A DNA stretch of 64,000 nt from Bacteroidota bacterium (GCA_029262835.1 JAJCYQ010000095.1:4625-68624), one strand, 5' to 3'. Counted from the first letter of the stretch, positions 28,702 to 38,117 are shown. Numbers and translations are program-made. Notes: a model not told the origin generated them from the letters alone.

Positions 28702-29481
28702 ATGGATCTCGAACTTACAGAAAAGACAGCGCTCGTTACGGGTGCAAGCCGCGGCATAGGTCGCGCCATCGCCGCCAGTCTGGCGGCCGAGAACTGCCAA
28801 CTCCTGCTGTGTGCCCGCGGAGCCGATGCCCTCGAGCAGACAGCACATGAACTCCGGCAGGCGCATGGTGTTCGCGTCGAGACCGTGGCCATAGACATCA
28901 CGGTGCCCGATGCAGCCAGTCGCCTCGTGGAGACTGCCCGGGAACGGTTTGGCGGACTCCATGTCCTCGTTGGGAATGCGGGGGGAAACAGCCGTGGCCG
29001 CTTCGAGGATACGACGGACGAGGCCTGGGCCGACATCATGGATCTCAACGTGTACAGCCATCTCAGGACGGCCCGCGCCGCCATACCAGTCATGAAGGCG
29101 TCTGGCGGCGGTTCGATGGTTTTTGTAGCCTCTATTTTCGGCCGCGAAGCAGGCGGCGCGGGCCTGTCCATTTATAATACAACGAAATCGGCGCTCATCA
29201 GCGCAGCGAAGATCATGGCCGTGGAACTGGGGCGCGATGGGATCCGCGTGAATACCGTTGCGCCGGGGTCAATCCGCTTTCCGGGCGGGTCCTGGGACAA
29301 ACGAGTGAAGGCAGACCCGGAGGCCATGAAGCAGTTCGTGTCCGATAATATTCCCATGGGTCGTTTCGGCCGTGCGGAAGAGGTCGGCGACGTGGTAGCT
29401 TTCCTGGCATCCGACCGGGCGTCCTGGGTATCGGGTGCCTGCCTGACCGTTGACGGCGTGCAATCCCATTCGCTGATATAG
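28702..29481 (+). CDS. SDR family oxidoreductase (FabG-like)
   Basis: TGASRGIG cofactor motif, NAG, and a YxxxK catalytic motif (YNTTKSAL). Start at ATG 28702. Confidence 0.85.
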   Translation: MDLELTEKTALVTGASRGIGRAIAASLAAENCQLLLCARGADALEQTAHELRQAHGVRVETVAIDITVPDAASRLVETARERFGGLHVLVGNAGGNSRGRFEDTTDEAWADIMDLNVYSHLRTARAAIPVMKASGGGSMVFVASIFGREAGGAGLSIYNTTKSALISAAKIMAVELGRDGIRVNTVAPGSIRFPGGSWDKRVKADPEAMKQFVSDNIPMGRFGRAEEVGDVVAFLASDRASWVSGACLTVDGVQSHSLI

Positions 29482-29502
29482 AAGCGTGTTTAGAATCGTG
29501 TT
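29479..29502 (+). repeat. Tandem 12-mers TAGAAGCGTGTT / TAGAATCGTGTT, related to the 6853/7144 inverted-repeat termini
   Basis: Two adjacent 12-mers identical at 11/12 positions. The first is identical to the first 12 nt of the 25-bp inverted repeat at 6853, and its TAG is the SDR stop codon. Confidence 0.7.
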
Positions 29503-29541
29503 GTGGCAGCGCGGCGTCGGACTCGTCACGAAGTAAAAAAA

Positions 29542-30618
29542 TCAGTCGAATCGCGTAAACGTCGCTTCGAGAATGCGTTCGCGGCGCTCATCGCGACGTC
29601 TCCACTGGACAAGGATGGGGCTCTGGTATGTCCCAGACACGATGTGGCTTTCCGCCCCATTCGAGCCGTCAGAGACGATCATGCTGACCGAGCGCTTCAT
29701 GCGCAGGAAACGGTGGGCGGGGACCTGGAAAAACTTGTCAATGATGCGCTCAACAAGCGTCTCGCTCAGCCCCATCGCGTCGATGAATTCATTTACCACA
29801 TGGACGAGGTCGTACTTCATGTAGTCCTTGGCTTTTTCCTTGATGGCTCCCGGGTCCTTGATCATGTTGCGTCCCTTCTGGGCCATGAAACGGATGGGGT
29901 CGCGGAGCACGTCGACCAGGTCATGCTGCATGAGCAGCGTCTCGTATTCGTTCACAGTGAGTCCGGTGTGGCTCTCATCTGGCGCGAGGGCCAGGTCAAT
30001 GCGACCCTTGCGGATACCAAGTTGATTGGCCTCGTGCTGGAGCTCCTCAAGGAGTCCAAGCCGAGGATCCCACAGGTTCACCGAGTCAATGGGATGTCCT
30101 GACATGCGGATGGGCACCTGGCGCCGATGCGTGACCGTTTCCCGGTCATACCCGATGATGGTCGTACGTCGGTGCCGCCGCTCTTCACCATTCGTGCCGT
30201 CCAGGTCCACGAACCAGACGGACTGGCCGGGTCGACGGTTAAGGTAGGTCACCGTATTCTCCAGACCCGATCCAATGAACGTAAGGTGACTGTCGGCATT
30301 GCGGGGCTCGACCGCCTTCTGCTCTTCGGACAGCTCATTGCGCAGCTCCATCTGGTCATGGAGGTAGTCGGCATCCGGAGGAAACAGCTTCTGGAACGTT
30401 TCGAGATAGGCCTCCAGCGCCTCCGGGTTGTTCTTCAGCCGATTGGCGAAGCTCTGCTCGAAGTATCCAGCCGTCGTGTGGTAGGACGTGAAGGCGCTAC
30501 GGTCAAACCGTTCGAAGAAGCCATCGTCTTCGCCACGCACCCGCTCGGCCACATCAATGACATCAAAACGGCTCTCTGGCTGTATGGAAAGGGTGATATC
30601 CCGGGGTGATGAAGCCAT
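29542..30618 (-). CDS. Hypothetical protein with two YjbQ/UPF0047-like halves
   Basis: 358 aa. The N-terminal half has ITLSIQPESRFDVIDV...SYHTTAGY...LFPPDADYLHD...NADSHL, and the C-terminal half has ESHTGLTVNEYE...GTYQSPILVQW. Both follow the YjbQ pattern (HTTA..., ...GTWQ.I), judged by eye only. Confidence 0.5.
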   Translation of the reverse strand: MASSPRDITLSIQPESRFDVIDVAERVRGEDDGFFERFDRSAFTSYHTTAGYFEQSFANRLKNNPEALEAYLETFQKLFPPDADYLHDQMELRNELSEEQKAVEPRNADSHLTFIGSGLENTVTYLNRRPGQSVWFVDLDGTNGEERRHRRTTIIGYDRETVTHRRQVPIRMSGHPIDSVNLWDPRLGLLEELQHEANQLGIRKGRIDLALAPDESHTGLTVNEYETLLMQHDLVDVLRDPIRFMAQKGRNMIKDPGAIKEKAKDYMKYDLVHVVNEFIDAMGLSETLVERIIDKFFQVPAHRFLRMKRSVSMIVSDGSNGAESHIVSGTYQSPILVQWRRRDERRERILEATFTRFD

Positions 30619-30801
30619 GGATGGTAACTTTATGTCGTCTATGCGACCAGCAACGTACTATTTCGCTGCGGTCTTTGCAACGTGCGCCAAACCAATACCG
30701 CTCATTTACGTTTCTTGATCGGAGGGAAAGGGCCCAATCTTCACACGGCAGTGTTCCTGCCCGGGATCTATCTTGCAGGCATCCATAGATCACCGCACGT
30801 C

Positions 30802-32394
30802 ATGAATGTACGCCACCACCTGTCGCGCCTTCTGTTCCTCCTGCTCGCTGCTGCGTTTGCAGTACCGCAGGGCGCCGCATCCAGACAGACAGACCTCAGC
30901 TTCCTGCTTACCCGTGCGGAGCAGACACAGTATGAGCAGACCACGCGGTACGATGAGCTGGTGGGATTTCTGGATGTGGTCGTGCGCCAACATGGCAACC
31001 TTCACCTGACTCACATGGGGTATTCGGCGGAAGGCCGCGCCATTCCGCTCGTCGTTTTCGGACGTGTTTCCGACGCGGGGCCCGATGCGGTCCGCTCAAG
31101 CGGCAAGACACGGGTCTATCTGCAGGGCAATATCCATGCCGGCGAGGTGTGTGGAAAGGAAGCACTCCTGATGCTACTCCGCGAGTTCGCATCCGGCGCG
31201 CACGATGCGCTCCTGGATTCCCTGGTCGTCATGGTAGCACCCATGTACAACGTGGACGGCAACGAGCGCGTCCGGCTAGGCAACCGGCCCCGACAGAATG
31301 GCCCGGTCGGGGGCATGGGGCAGCGCCCGAATGCGGACGGACTGGACCTGAACCGGGATCATATGAAATTCCGTTCGCCCGAGGCTCGCTCCGTCCTGAG
31401 CTTCATGACGCGGTATGATCCACACGTTTCGGTCGATTTGCATACCACGAATGGCACGCGGCATGCCTACCACCTGACCTACGCACCGCCCCTGAATCCC
31501 AATACGCCTGTAGCCATTGACTCGCTGCTGCGGGGGGACTGGCTCCCCCGGCTGACGGCCTCCATGAAAGACGATTCCGACTGGCTGACGTGGCATTACG
31601 GCAACCTTCCCTGGCGTTCGGACGACGAAGGGTGGTACACCTTCGACCACCGGCCCCGCTTCAACAACAATTATATTGGCCTGCGGGGCCGGATTGCCAT
31701 ACTCAGCGAAGCCTACGCCTACGATACGTTCCGCAACCGCGTCCTGTCGTCGCGCGATTTCACGGAAGATATCCTGTACCTGGCTCACGCCGAGGCGAGC
31801 CGCATCACGGCACTGCTGACTCAAGTGGACAGTACGCCCATCACGGGCCAGGAGTTGGCCGTCCGCAGCCGGATAGTTCAGTCCAGCCCAAGCACGGAAA
31901 TCCTGATGGGTGAGGTGACTACAACGCGTCACCCGGGAACGGGAGAGCCGGTACTGGAGCGCCTGGATGTTGTGCGTCCCGTTGTCATGCCGGAATTCAC
32001 GGCATTCGAGGCTACCGAGACCAGTCGCGTTCCCATGCAATGGGTCATACCCGATGCGCCGGCCGCGCTCGTCGATGCACTCGACGCGCATGGTATTGTC
32101 TACGCCCGTAGCGCGCTCCGCGGCGCTGAACTGGAGGAATTCATGGTCGATTCCCTCCAGATCGCCGAGCGTTCCTTCCAGCAGGTCCACGAAGTCACGG
32201 TTCATGGCCGGTGGATGCCGCACGCAGAGCCGTTCTCGGGCGCCGCGATTGTCGTGCCGTCCCGCCAGCCCCTCGTGCGACTGGCGCACTACCTGCTCGA
32301 TCCGCGAAGCGACGACGGTCTTGCAAACTGGGGACTGCTCGGCGATGCACTGCAATCTGGCAAGGCCTATCCCGTCCTGCGCACACTGCGTTAA
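30802..32394 (+). CDS. M14 family zinc carboxypeptidase
   Basis: Signal peptide, the zinc motif GNIHAGEVCGKEA (HxxE), and a downstream DLHT region. Start at ATG 30802. Confidence 0.8.
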   Translation: MNVRHHLSRLLFLLLAAAFAVPQGAASRQTDLSFLLTRAEQTQYEQTTRYDELVGFLDVVVRQHGNLHLTHMGYSAEGRAIPLVVFGRVSDAGPDAVRSSGKTRVYLQGNIHAGEVCGKEALLMLLREFASGAHDALLDSLVVMVAPMYNVDGNERVRLGNRPRQNGPVGGMGQRPNADGLDLNRDHMKFRSPEARSVLSFMTRYDPHVSVDLHTTNGTRHAYHLTYAPPLNPNTPVAIDSLLRGDWLPRLTASMKDDSDWLTWHYGNLPWRSDDEGWYTFDHRPRFNNNYIGLRGRIAILSEAYAYDTFRNRVLSSRDFTEDILYLAHAEASRITALLTQVDSTPITGQELAVRSRIVQSSPSTEILMGEVTTTRHPGTGEPVLERLDVVRPVVMPEFTAFEATETSRVPMQWVIPDAPAALVDALDAHGIVYARSALRGAELEEFMVDSLQIAERSFQQVHEVTVHGRWMPHAEPFSGAAIVVPSRQPLVRLAHYLLDPRSDDGLANWGLLGDALQSGKAYPVLRTLR

Positions 32395-32400
32395 AAGGCT

Positions 32401-33417
32401 GTGTCGAGTAAGCTTGTGTTCCAAAGTATTGAGGATGTCCGCCGCCGATTCCACGAGATCCGGACGGACGCACAGTTCGAGCACGCCAGTTCCGTCGTGG
32501 AGGCGTTCCAGAGGGCCTGCAATCCCGTCTTCGCGCGGTACAACGCCGGACGGTATGTGCCCGTGGATGTCTTCAAATACGCCCGTATTGCCACCTTTCC
32601 GCCGGAAGAGACGGCGGCTCTGTTCCGCAGCTCGGGAACAGGGCAGGCCGAGCGCCGCGCCGAACACCATGTGCGCGACCTGGAGATCTACGGACGCTCT
32701 GTTCTGGCCGGCTTCCGGCATGCGTTCGGGCCCGGAAAATTCATGCTCCTGGCCCACGTCCCGGCCTACGCGCCCGACTCCAGTCTTGTCTGGATGCTTA
32801 ACCACCTGATCAGCACGGTCGGGGCTCCCGGATCGCGTGTTTTGACAGGGGGGCGCGACGAACTCGCGGAGGTTTTCGGGGCGGCACGTCCCGAATCGCC
32901 ACTGATGCTCTTCGGAGCGGCATTCGGGCTACTCGACATGGTGGAGCGCGGCCGCGTGCCGCTTCCGGCGGGATCCCAGATTGTCGAGACAGGGGGCATG
33001 AAAACGCATCGACGGGATATCAGCCGGCAGCGCCTACATGAACACCTGAGCGACGGATTCGCACTGCCCCAGGCGGCCATACATTCCGAGTATGGCATGT
33101 GTGAGCTGCTCTCCCAGTGTTATACGGCGCGTTACGATGGCACCACCGAGGAAACCGCCTCCGGAGGCGTAAACGAGTGGTTTCACGCACCGCCCTGGAT
33201 GCGCCTCGATGTTCACCAGGCCGACATGCCCGATACGCCATGCCGCGACGGGGAGGAGGGCGTGCTTGTAATCACCGATCTTGCAAACATGTTCTCGCTC
33301 CCGTTTATTCGGACGGAAGACCGTGCTGTTCGCCAGGGGAGCCGCGTAAGCATACGTGGGCGGGTTTCGGGTGCAGCACTCCGCGGATGCAATTTCCTTT
33401 TTGAGACGGACCTATGA
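32401..33417 (+). CDS. LuxE/PaaK-like acyl-adenylate-forming enzyme (annotated acyltransferase in Bacteroidota)
   Basis: 338 aa, GTG start, with the motifs FRSSGTGQ and IVETGGMKTHRRD, typical of the LuxE acyl-protein synthetase superfamily. Confidence 0.6.
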   Translation: MSSKLVFQSIEDVRRRFHEIRTDAQFEHASSVVEAFQRACNPVFARYNAGRYVPVDVFKYARIATFPPEETAALFRSSGTGQAERRAEHHVRDLEIYGRSVLAGFRHAFGPGKFMLLAHVPAYAPDSSLVWMLNHLISTVGAPGSRVLTGGRDELAEVFGAARPESPLMLFGAAFGLLDMVERGRVPLPAGSQIVETGGMKTHRRDISRQRLHEHLSDGFALPQAAIHSEYGMCELLSQCYTARYDGTTEETASGGVNEWFHAPPWMRLDVHQADMPDTPCRDGEEGVLVITDLANMFSLPFIRTEDRAVRQGSRVSIRGRVSGAALRGCNFLFETDL

Positions 33418-34220
33418 CGGCACTCGACCACAGTAGCGACAATCGGATTATTACCGTGACGCTCGATCGCGCGGAAAAGCGGAATGCGCTCAACGCCGGA
33501 CTCGTGCGCGAACTGACGCATATCCTCTCGGATCTGGCAGCGGACCGACGCGTGCGCGTCGTAATCCTGGCTGCACGTGGGCCGGTCTTCTCTGCTGGAG
33601 CCGATCTTGAAGCGTTGCAGGCGCTTCGCACCGCCTCGTTCGATGAGAACCTGGAGGACTCCCGCCTGCTGGCCGACCTCTTCACGACCATCCGTACCGT
33701 TCCGTTTCCGGTCATTGCCCGGGTGCACGGCCATGCCATTGCAGGGGGGTGCGGTCTTGTGGCCGCGGCCGATATGGCTATTGCGGCACGAGACGCGAAG
33801 TTCGGTTTCACCGAAGTACGTATCGGATTTGTGCCGGCGCTCGTATCGGTGCTCCTCGAGGGCCGCGTCTCGGATACACATGCGCGCGATCTCTTCTTCA
33901 CCGGGCGCCTTGTCGAGGCCAGCGAAGCAGCCCGGATAGGGCTTGTTGGGCAGGTGGTCAATGCGGCCGACCTGGACGACGTGGTCAGGCGAGCAGCCGA
34001 TGGAATAGCGCGCAACACGAGTCGGCACGCTGTGGCCCGCACGAAGGCCATGCTGCTTGGCGACGCGGACGCGTTCCGGGAAAAAATGGATATGGCGGCC
34101 ATCCGAAATGCCGACGCGCGCCAGGATGTAGAGTGTCTGGCCGGCGTCGACGCCTTTCTTGGCCGGCACGATCCGCCATGGGTGCGCGCATGGGAAACCG
34201 ATCATACGGAACCAGCCTGA
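33414..34220 (+). CDS. Enoyl-CoA hydratase/isomerase (crotonase) family protein
   Basis: Crotonase pattern ITVTLDRAEKRNAL, FSAGADL and GHAIAGGCGL. ATGA overlap with the upstream gene. Confidence 0.85.
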   Translation: MTALDHSSDNRIITVTLDRAEKRNALNAGLVRELTHILSDLAADRRVRVVILAARGPVFSAGADLEALQALRTASFDENLEDSRLLADLFTTIRTVPFPVIARVHGHAIAGGCGLVAAADMAIAARDAKFGFTEVRIGFVPALVSVLLEGRVSDTHARDLFFTGRLVEASEAARIGLVGQVVNAADLDDVVRRAADGIARNTSRHAVARTKAMLLGDADAFREKMDMAAIRNADARQDVECLAGVDAFLGRHDPPWVRAWETDHTEPA

Positions 34221-34227
34221 GGGGTCC

Positions 34228-34683
34228 ATGCTCGCAGAACACGCCCTGAATGACGCACTCGAGCGCCTGGTAGCCCCGCCGCTCATGACCCATATTCGGC
34301 CGCTTTTACGGCGTGGTGCGGATGTGGATCTGGCGCGGAATATCGTAGCAGAGCATGGAGATGCCGCAGGTTTTCGTTACCGATGGCAGAAGGACGCGCT
34401 CGCCAGTGCCATCACGGCACACGTGACGCTCGTATCCGGTCTCGATGGGGACTTCGCCTGGAAGACACTCATCCTCATTCAGCAGCGACAGTCCGAAATT
34501 GCACAAATTGTTGACGAGATGGACCGCCCCCGCGCGCGCGACGTACGACGCTGGTGGTTCACCATGATCGAAGTCATCCTGCTGGTCAAAAAGGGACCCG
34601 GGCCGGGCCCACTGACGCTCGGGCCCATCGCCCGGCTGCACATCGCATGGCAGACCATGTTCAGTAAAACAGCATTTAAATAA
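34228..34683 (+). CDS. Hypothetical protein
   Basis: 151-aa ORF from ATG 34228, with no recognisable motif. It has a GPGPGP linker near the C-terminus. Confidence 0.4.
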   Translation: MLAEHALNDALERLVAPPLMTHIRPLLRRGADVDLARNIVAEHGDAAGFRYRWQKDALASAITAHVTLVSGLDGDFAWKTLILIQQRQSEIAQIVDEMDRPRARDVRRWWFTMIEVILLVKKGPGPGPLTLGPIARLHIAWQTMFSKTAFK

Positions 34684-34694
34684 ATCCATATTCC

Positions 34695-35690
34695 ATGGCC
34701 ACATATAAGGAGGCCGGCGTAGACATTGCGGCGGGAGAAGAAACGGTCCGGCGCATAAAACCGCTCGTCAGGAGGACGTTCACTCCCGGCGTACTCACGG
34801 ACATCGGCGCCTTCGGCGCATTTTTCGAAGTGGACTGGGCATCCATGAAGGAGCCTGTCATGGTGTCGTCTGTGGATGGCGTCGGAACGAAGCTCAAGGT
34901 GGCTTTCGCCATGGACCGGCACGACACGGTGGGGCAGGACCTTGTGAACCACTGTGTCAATGACATCGCCGTGTGCGGAGCCCGCCCGCTCTATTTCATG
35001 GACTACTTCTCGACGGGCAAACTCTCGCCCGATGTCGCCGTTTCGGTCGTGGAAGGCTTTTCCACGGCCTGCGTCGAAAACGGCTGTGCCCTCATTGGTG
35101 GCGAAACAGCCGAAATGCCGGATATCTACTCCGAAGGAGAGTATGATCTGGCGGGCATGATCACAGGCGTTGTAGAGAAAAGCCGCATCGTGGACGGCGC
35201 TGGAATCGGGGCGGGACACGTAGCCATCGGCTTGCCGTCGACTGGTCTTCATACGAACGGATATTCACTCGCCCGCAAGGTGCTGTTCGAGCATTTTGAC
35301 GTACGCGACACCCCCAACGAATTGGAGGGCACAAGTATTGGAGATGCCCTGCTCGCTGTGCACAGATCCTATCTGAAAGCCATCCAGACGGCGATGTCGG
35401 CGGGCACGGTAGCGGGTATGGCACACATCACGGGAGGGGGTATTCCTGGAAACACGGCTCGCATACTCCCGGATGGAAGGTCGCTCGACGTGGACTATGA
35501 CGCCTGGGAGCGTCCTGCGCTGTTTCGACTCATTCAAAGACTCGGTGCCGTACCGGAAGAGGACATGCGCTCGGCACTCAACGTCGGGATCGGCCTCGTT
35601 CTCATTGTGTCGCCCGGCGACGCGCCCGCCATTGAACATGCACTTTCCGGAATCGGTGAAGAACCGATCCGGATTGGGAGCGTGAGATAG
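34695..35690 (+). CDS. purM: Phosphoribosylformylglycinamidine cyclo-ligase (AIR synthetase)
   Basis: YKEAGVDIAAG, VDGVGTKL and NDIAVCGARPLYFMDY are PurM motifs. Confidence 0.95.
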   Translation: MATYKEAGVDIAAGEETVRRIKPLVRRTFTPGVLTDIGAFGAFFEVDWASMKEPVMVSSVDGVGTKLKVAFAMDRHDTVGQDLVNHCVNDIAVCGARPLYFMDYFSTGKLSPDVAVSVVEGFSTACVENGCALIGGETAEMPDIYSEGEYDLAGMITGVVEKSRIVDGAGIGAGHVAIGLPSTGLHTNGYSLARKVLFEHFDVRDTPNELEGTSIGDALLAVHRSYLKAIQTAMSAGTVAGMAHITGGGIPGNTARILPDGRSLDVDYDAWERPALFRLIQRLGAVPEEDMRSALNVGIGLVLIVSPGDAPAIEHALSGIGEEPIRIGSVR

Positions 35691-35715
35691 GCAACCCCGA
35701 ATCTGCTGCCGCACC

Positions 35716-36399
35716 ATGTTGTCCGTTGCCCTTATTCTGATCCTGAGTTATCTGGCCGGATCTGTCCCTGGCAGTATCCTGGTCGGTAAGCTTATGCACG
35801 GCATAGACATACGGCAGCACGGAAGTGGCAATGCCGGCGCTACCAATACGTTTCGCGTGCTTGGGTGGAAGTCTGGACTCCTTGCCACCATCATTGATCT
35901 CGGCAAGGGTATTCTGGCGGCTGGCACTATCGCCACGCTGCGGCTGGACACGTTGCCGCCCGGGTTTGGCTTCTGGGATGCCGCTACAGTCGTGTGCCTG
36001 ATGGCCGGTGCGGCGGCTGTTATTGGCCACATGTATCCCATCTGGGCCGACTTCAAGGGAGGAAAAGGCGTCAACACGACGGCGGGCATGCTGCTGGCGC
36101 TTACGCCCGCGACCATGCTCATGACGATGGGGATATTCGTGCTCGTGCTGCTCGTGTCACGCTATGTATCGCTGGCCTCCCTGTCGGCCGCCGTGACATT
36201 TCCCTCGGCCATCGCCATCAGCAAGTATATGCTGGATTCCAATGCGCTCGATGCCAGTATTCTCTTCTTTGCCCTTGCACTTGCAACGGGAATTTTCCTT
36301 GCGCACCGGTCGAATATCCGGCGCCTGCTCGATGGTAATGAGAACCGGATTCGCTCTTTTCGTCCCGCCAGGGGCATGAAGGGGCGGGGGGAACTGTAA
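35716..36399 (+). CDS. plsY: Glycerol-3-phosphate acyltransferase PlsY
   Basis: Multi-TM protein with GSGNAGATN and FKGGKGV motifs. Confidence 0.93.
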   Translation: MLSVALILILSYLAGSVPGSILVGKLMHGIDIRQHGSGNAGATNTFRVLGWKSGLLATIIDLGKGILAAGTIATLRLDTLPPGFGFWDAATVVCLMAGAAAVIGHMYPIWADFKGGKGVNTTAGMLLALTPATMLMTMGIFVLVLLVSRYVSLASLSAAVTFPSAIAISKYMLDSNALDASILFFALALATGIFLAHRSNIRRLLDGNENRIRSFRPARGMKGRGEL

Positions 36400-37424
36400 T
36401 GTCGGAACGCATTGCCGTCATAGGCAGTGGCAGTTTTGGTACCGCACTGGCCATTTCGTTGTCGGAAGGCGGGCACGACGTGAGGCTCTGGGCACGTCGC
36501 GAGGAGGCGGCGCGTGAAATGCGTGCGTCGCGTCGCAACCCGTCCTACCTGCCCGATGCCGTTCTTCCCCGGGAAATACGAATTTCCAGTAACCTCGAAG
36601 AACTCGTGGCCGATGCGGATATCTGGGTGTTCGCGACGCCGTCGCAGGTCGTAAGACAGGTGGCGACGCGCATTGCCCACCTCGCGCATGAGGAGACCGT
36701 CGTCGTTTCCGTTGCAAAAGGCATCGAGAATGGAACGCTGCTGACGACGTCGTGTGTGCTGGACGAAGTGCTCCCTGCCGTTCCGCTCGATAACATCGCC
36801 GTGCTCTATGGCCCCAGTCATGCCGAAGAAGTCGTGCGCCGCGTGCCGACAGCCGTCGTCGCTGCAGGATACGACCTGGCCGTTGCCGAACGCATTCAAC
36901 GCACGTTCATGACACCTTCGCTACGCGTGTATGTGAATCCCGATGTACGCGGCGTCGAAATAGCCGGTAGCGTCAAGAATATCCTGGCCGTTGCCGCCGG
37001 CATCAGCGATGGCGTCGGCTTCGGAGACAACGCCAAAGCGGCACTGCTGACCCGTGGAATTGCGGAAATCCGGCGACTGGGTGTGGCGCTCGGAGCCCAT
37101 CCACGTACGTTCGCCGGTCTGGCCGGTATCGGAGACCTGGTGGTCACGTGTATGAGCGGCCTGAGCCGTAACCGGCATTTTGGACAGGAAATAGGACGCG
37201 GGAAAACACTCGAACAGGTGGAGTCCGAAATGACCATGGTAGCGGAAGGGGTTCGGACAACGGCGTCGGTGCATGATCTCGCTGGGAAACTGGGAATCGA
37301 CATGCCCATTACGGAAGCCGTCTACTGTATCCTTTTCAGGGGTAAATCACCGCTCGATGCCGTATCGGATCTGATGACGCGTTCTGCCAAACAGGAAGAC
37401 TGGCTGACAGCTGAGGAATCATGA
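36399..37424 (+). CDS. gpsA: NAD(P)H-dependent glycerol-3-phosphate dehydrogenase
   Basis: IGSGSFGTALA Rossmann motif and GPSHAEEV. TAATG overlap with plsY. Confidence 0.94.
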   Translation: MSERIAVIGSGSFGTALAISLSEGGHDVRLWARREEAAREMRASRRNPSYLPDAVLPREIRISSNLEELVADADIWVFATPSQVVRQVATRIAHLAHEETVVVSVAKGIENGTLLTTSCVLDEVLPAVPLDNIAVLYGPSHAEEVVRRVPTAVVAAGYDLAVAERIQRTFMTPSLRVYVNPDVRGVEIAGSVKNILAVAAGISDGVGFGDNAKAALLTRGIAEIRRLGVALGAHPRTFAGLAGIGDLVVTCMSGLSRNRHFGQEIGRGKTLEQVESEMTMVAEGVRTTASVHDLAGKLGIDMPITEAVYCILFRGKSPLDAVSDLMTRSAKQEDWLTAEES

Positions 37425-38071
37425 CACTCGCCGGAGTGAAACGCATTGCCGCACGCGGGGAAGGGCAGCATATTGAGTTCAAGCTCCGCGTGCCTCGTCC
37501 CGAGCGTATGGCCCGGGAAATGATTGCTTTCGCCAACAGTGGCGGAGGAACGCTGCTTGTAGGTGTTGATGACGATGGGTCCATCGTAGGCGTCAAGGAC
37601 GTAGAGGAGGAGGAGTTCTCCATCCGTCATGCTGCCCACGCCCACAGCCGACCGGTCGTAAAGTGGCGAAGCTACCGCGTCCCCGTGAGTCGGCGCCGCG
37701 AGGTAATCGTGATCACGGTCCCGGCATCGAAACACAAACCTCATTTCATGACCGAATCGTCTACAAGTGCTTCGGGACCGGCCTATATCCGCGTCGAGGA
37801 CCGGAGTATGGAAGCCAGCCCCGAAACCGTCGCCCTGCTTCGCACGCAGGACGACGCAAACGGTGTCTTCTTCGAACTGGGTGAGCGTGAAATGATGCTT
37901 TTCCGCTACCTGGAACAGTATGGACACGTAACGGCTGACGGCTGGGCGCAGGTAGCCAACATGTCCCGGCATGAGGCAGGGGATGTGCTCGTAACCATGA
38001 CGCGGGCTGGCGTGCTGACGCAGCATCGCCGCGAGCAGGGCGAATATTTTACGCTGCACATGGCCGATTAA
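37421..38071 (+). CDS. AlbA_2 (Schlafen-like) domain protein with C-terminal wHTH-like region
   Basis: The N-terminal EGQHIEFKLRVP...AFANSGGGTLLVGVDDDGSIVGV matches the AlbA_2 putative DNA/RNA-binding domain. ATGA overlap with gpsA. Confidence 0.65.
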   Translation: MTLAGVKRIAARGEGQHIEFKLRVPRPERMAREMIAFANSGGGTLLVGVDDDGSIVGVKDVEEEEFSIRHAAHAHSRPVVKWRSYRVPVSRRREVIVITVPASKHKPHFMTESSTSASGPAYIRVEDRSMEASPETVALLRTQDDANGVFFELGEREMMLFRYLEQYGHVTADGWAQVANMSRHEAGDVLVTMTRAGVLTQHRREQGEYFTLHMAD

Positions 38072-38117
38072 TCCTTAACTTGTTTTCTTTGCACACTTCC
38101 GTTATTGTTTTCTGCGC

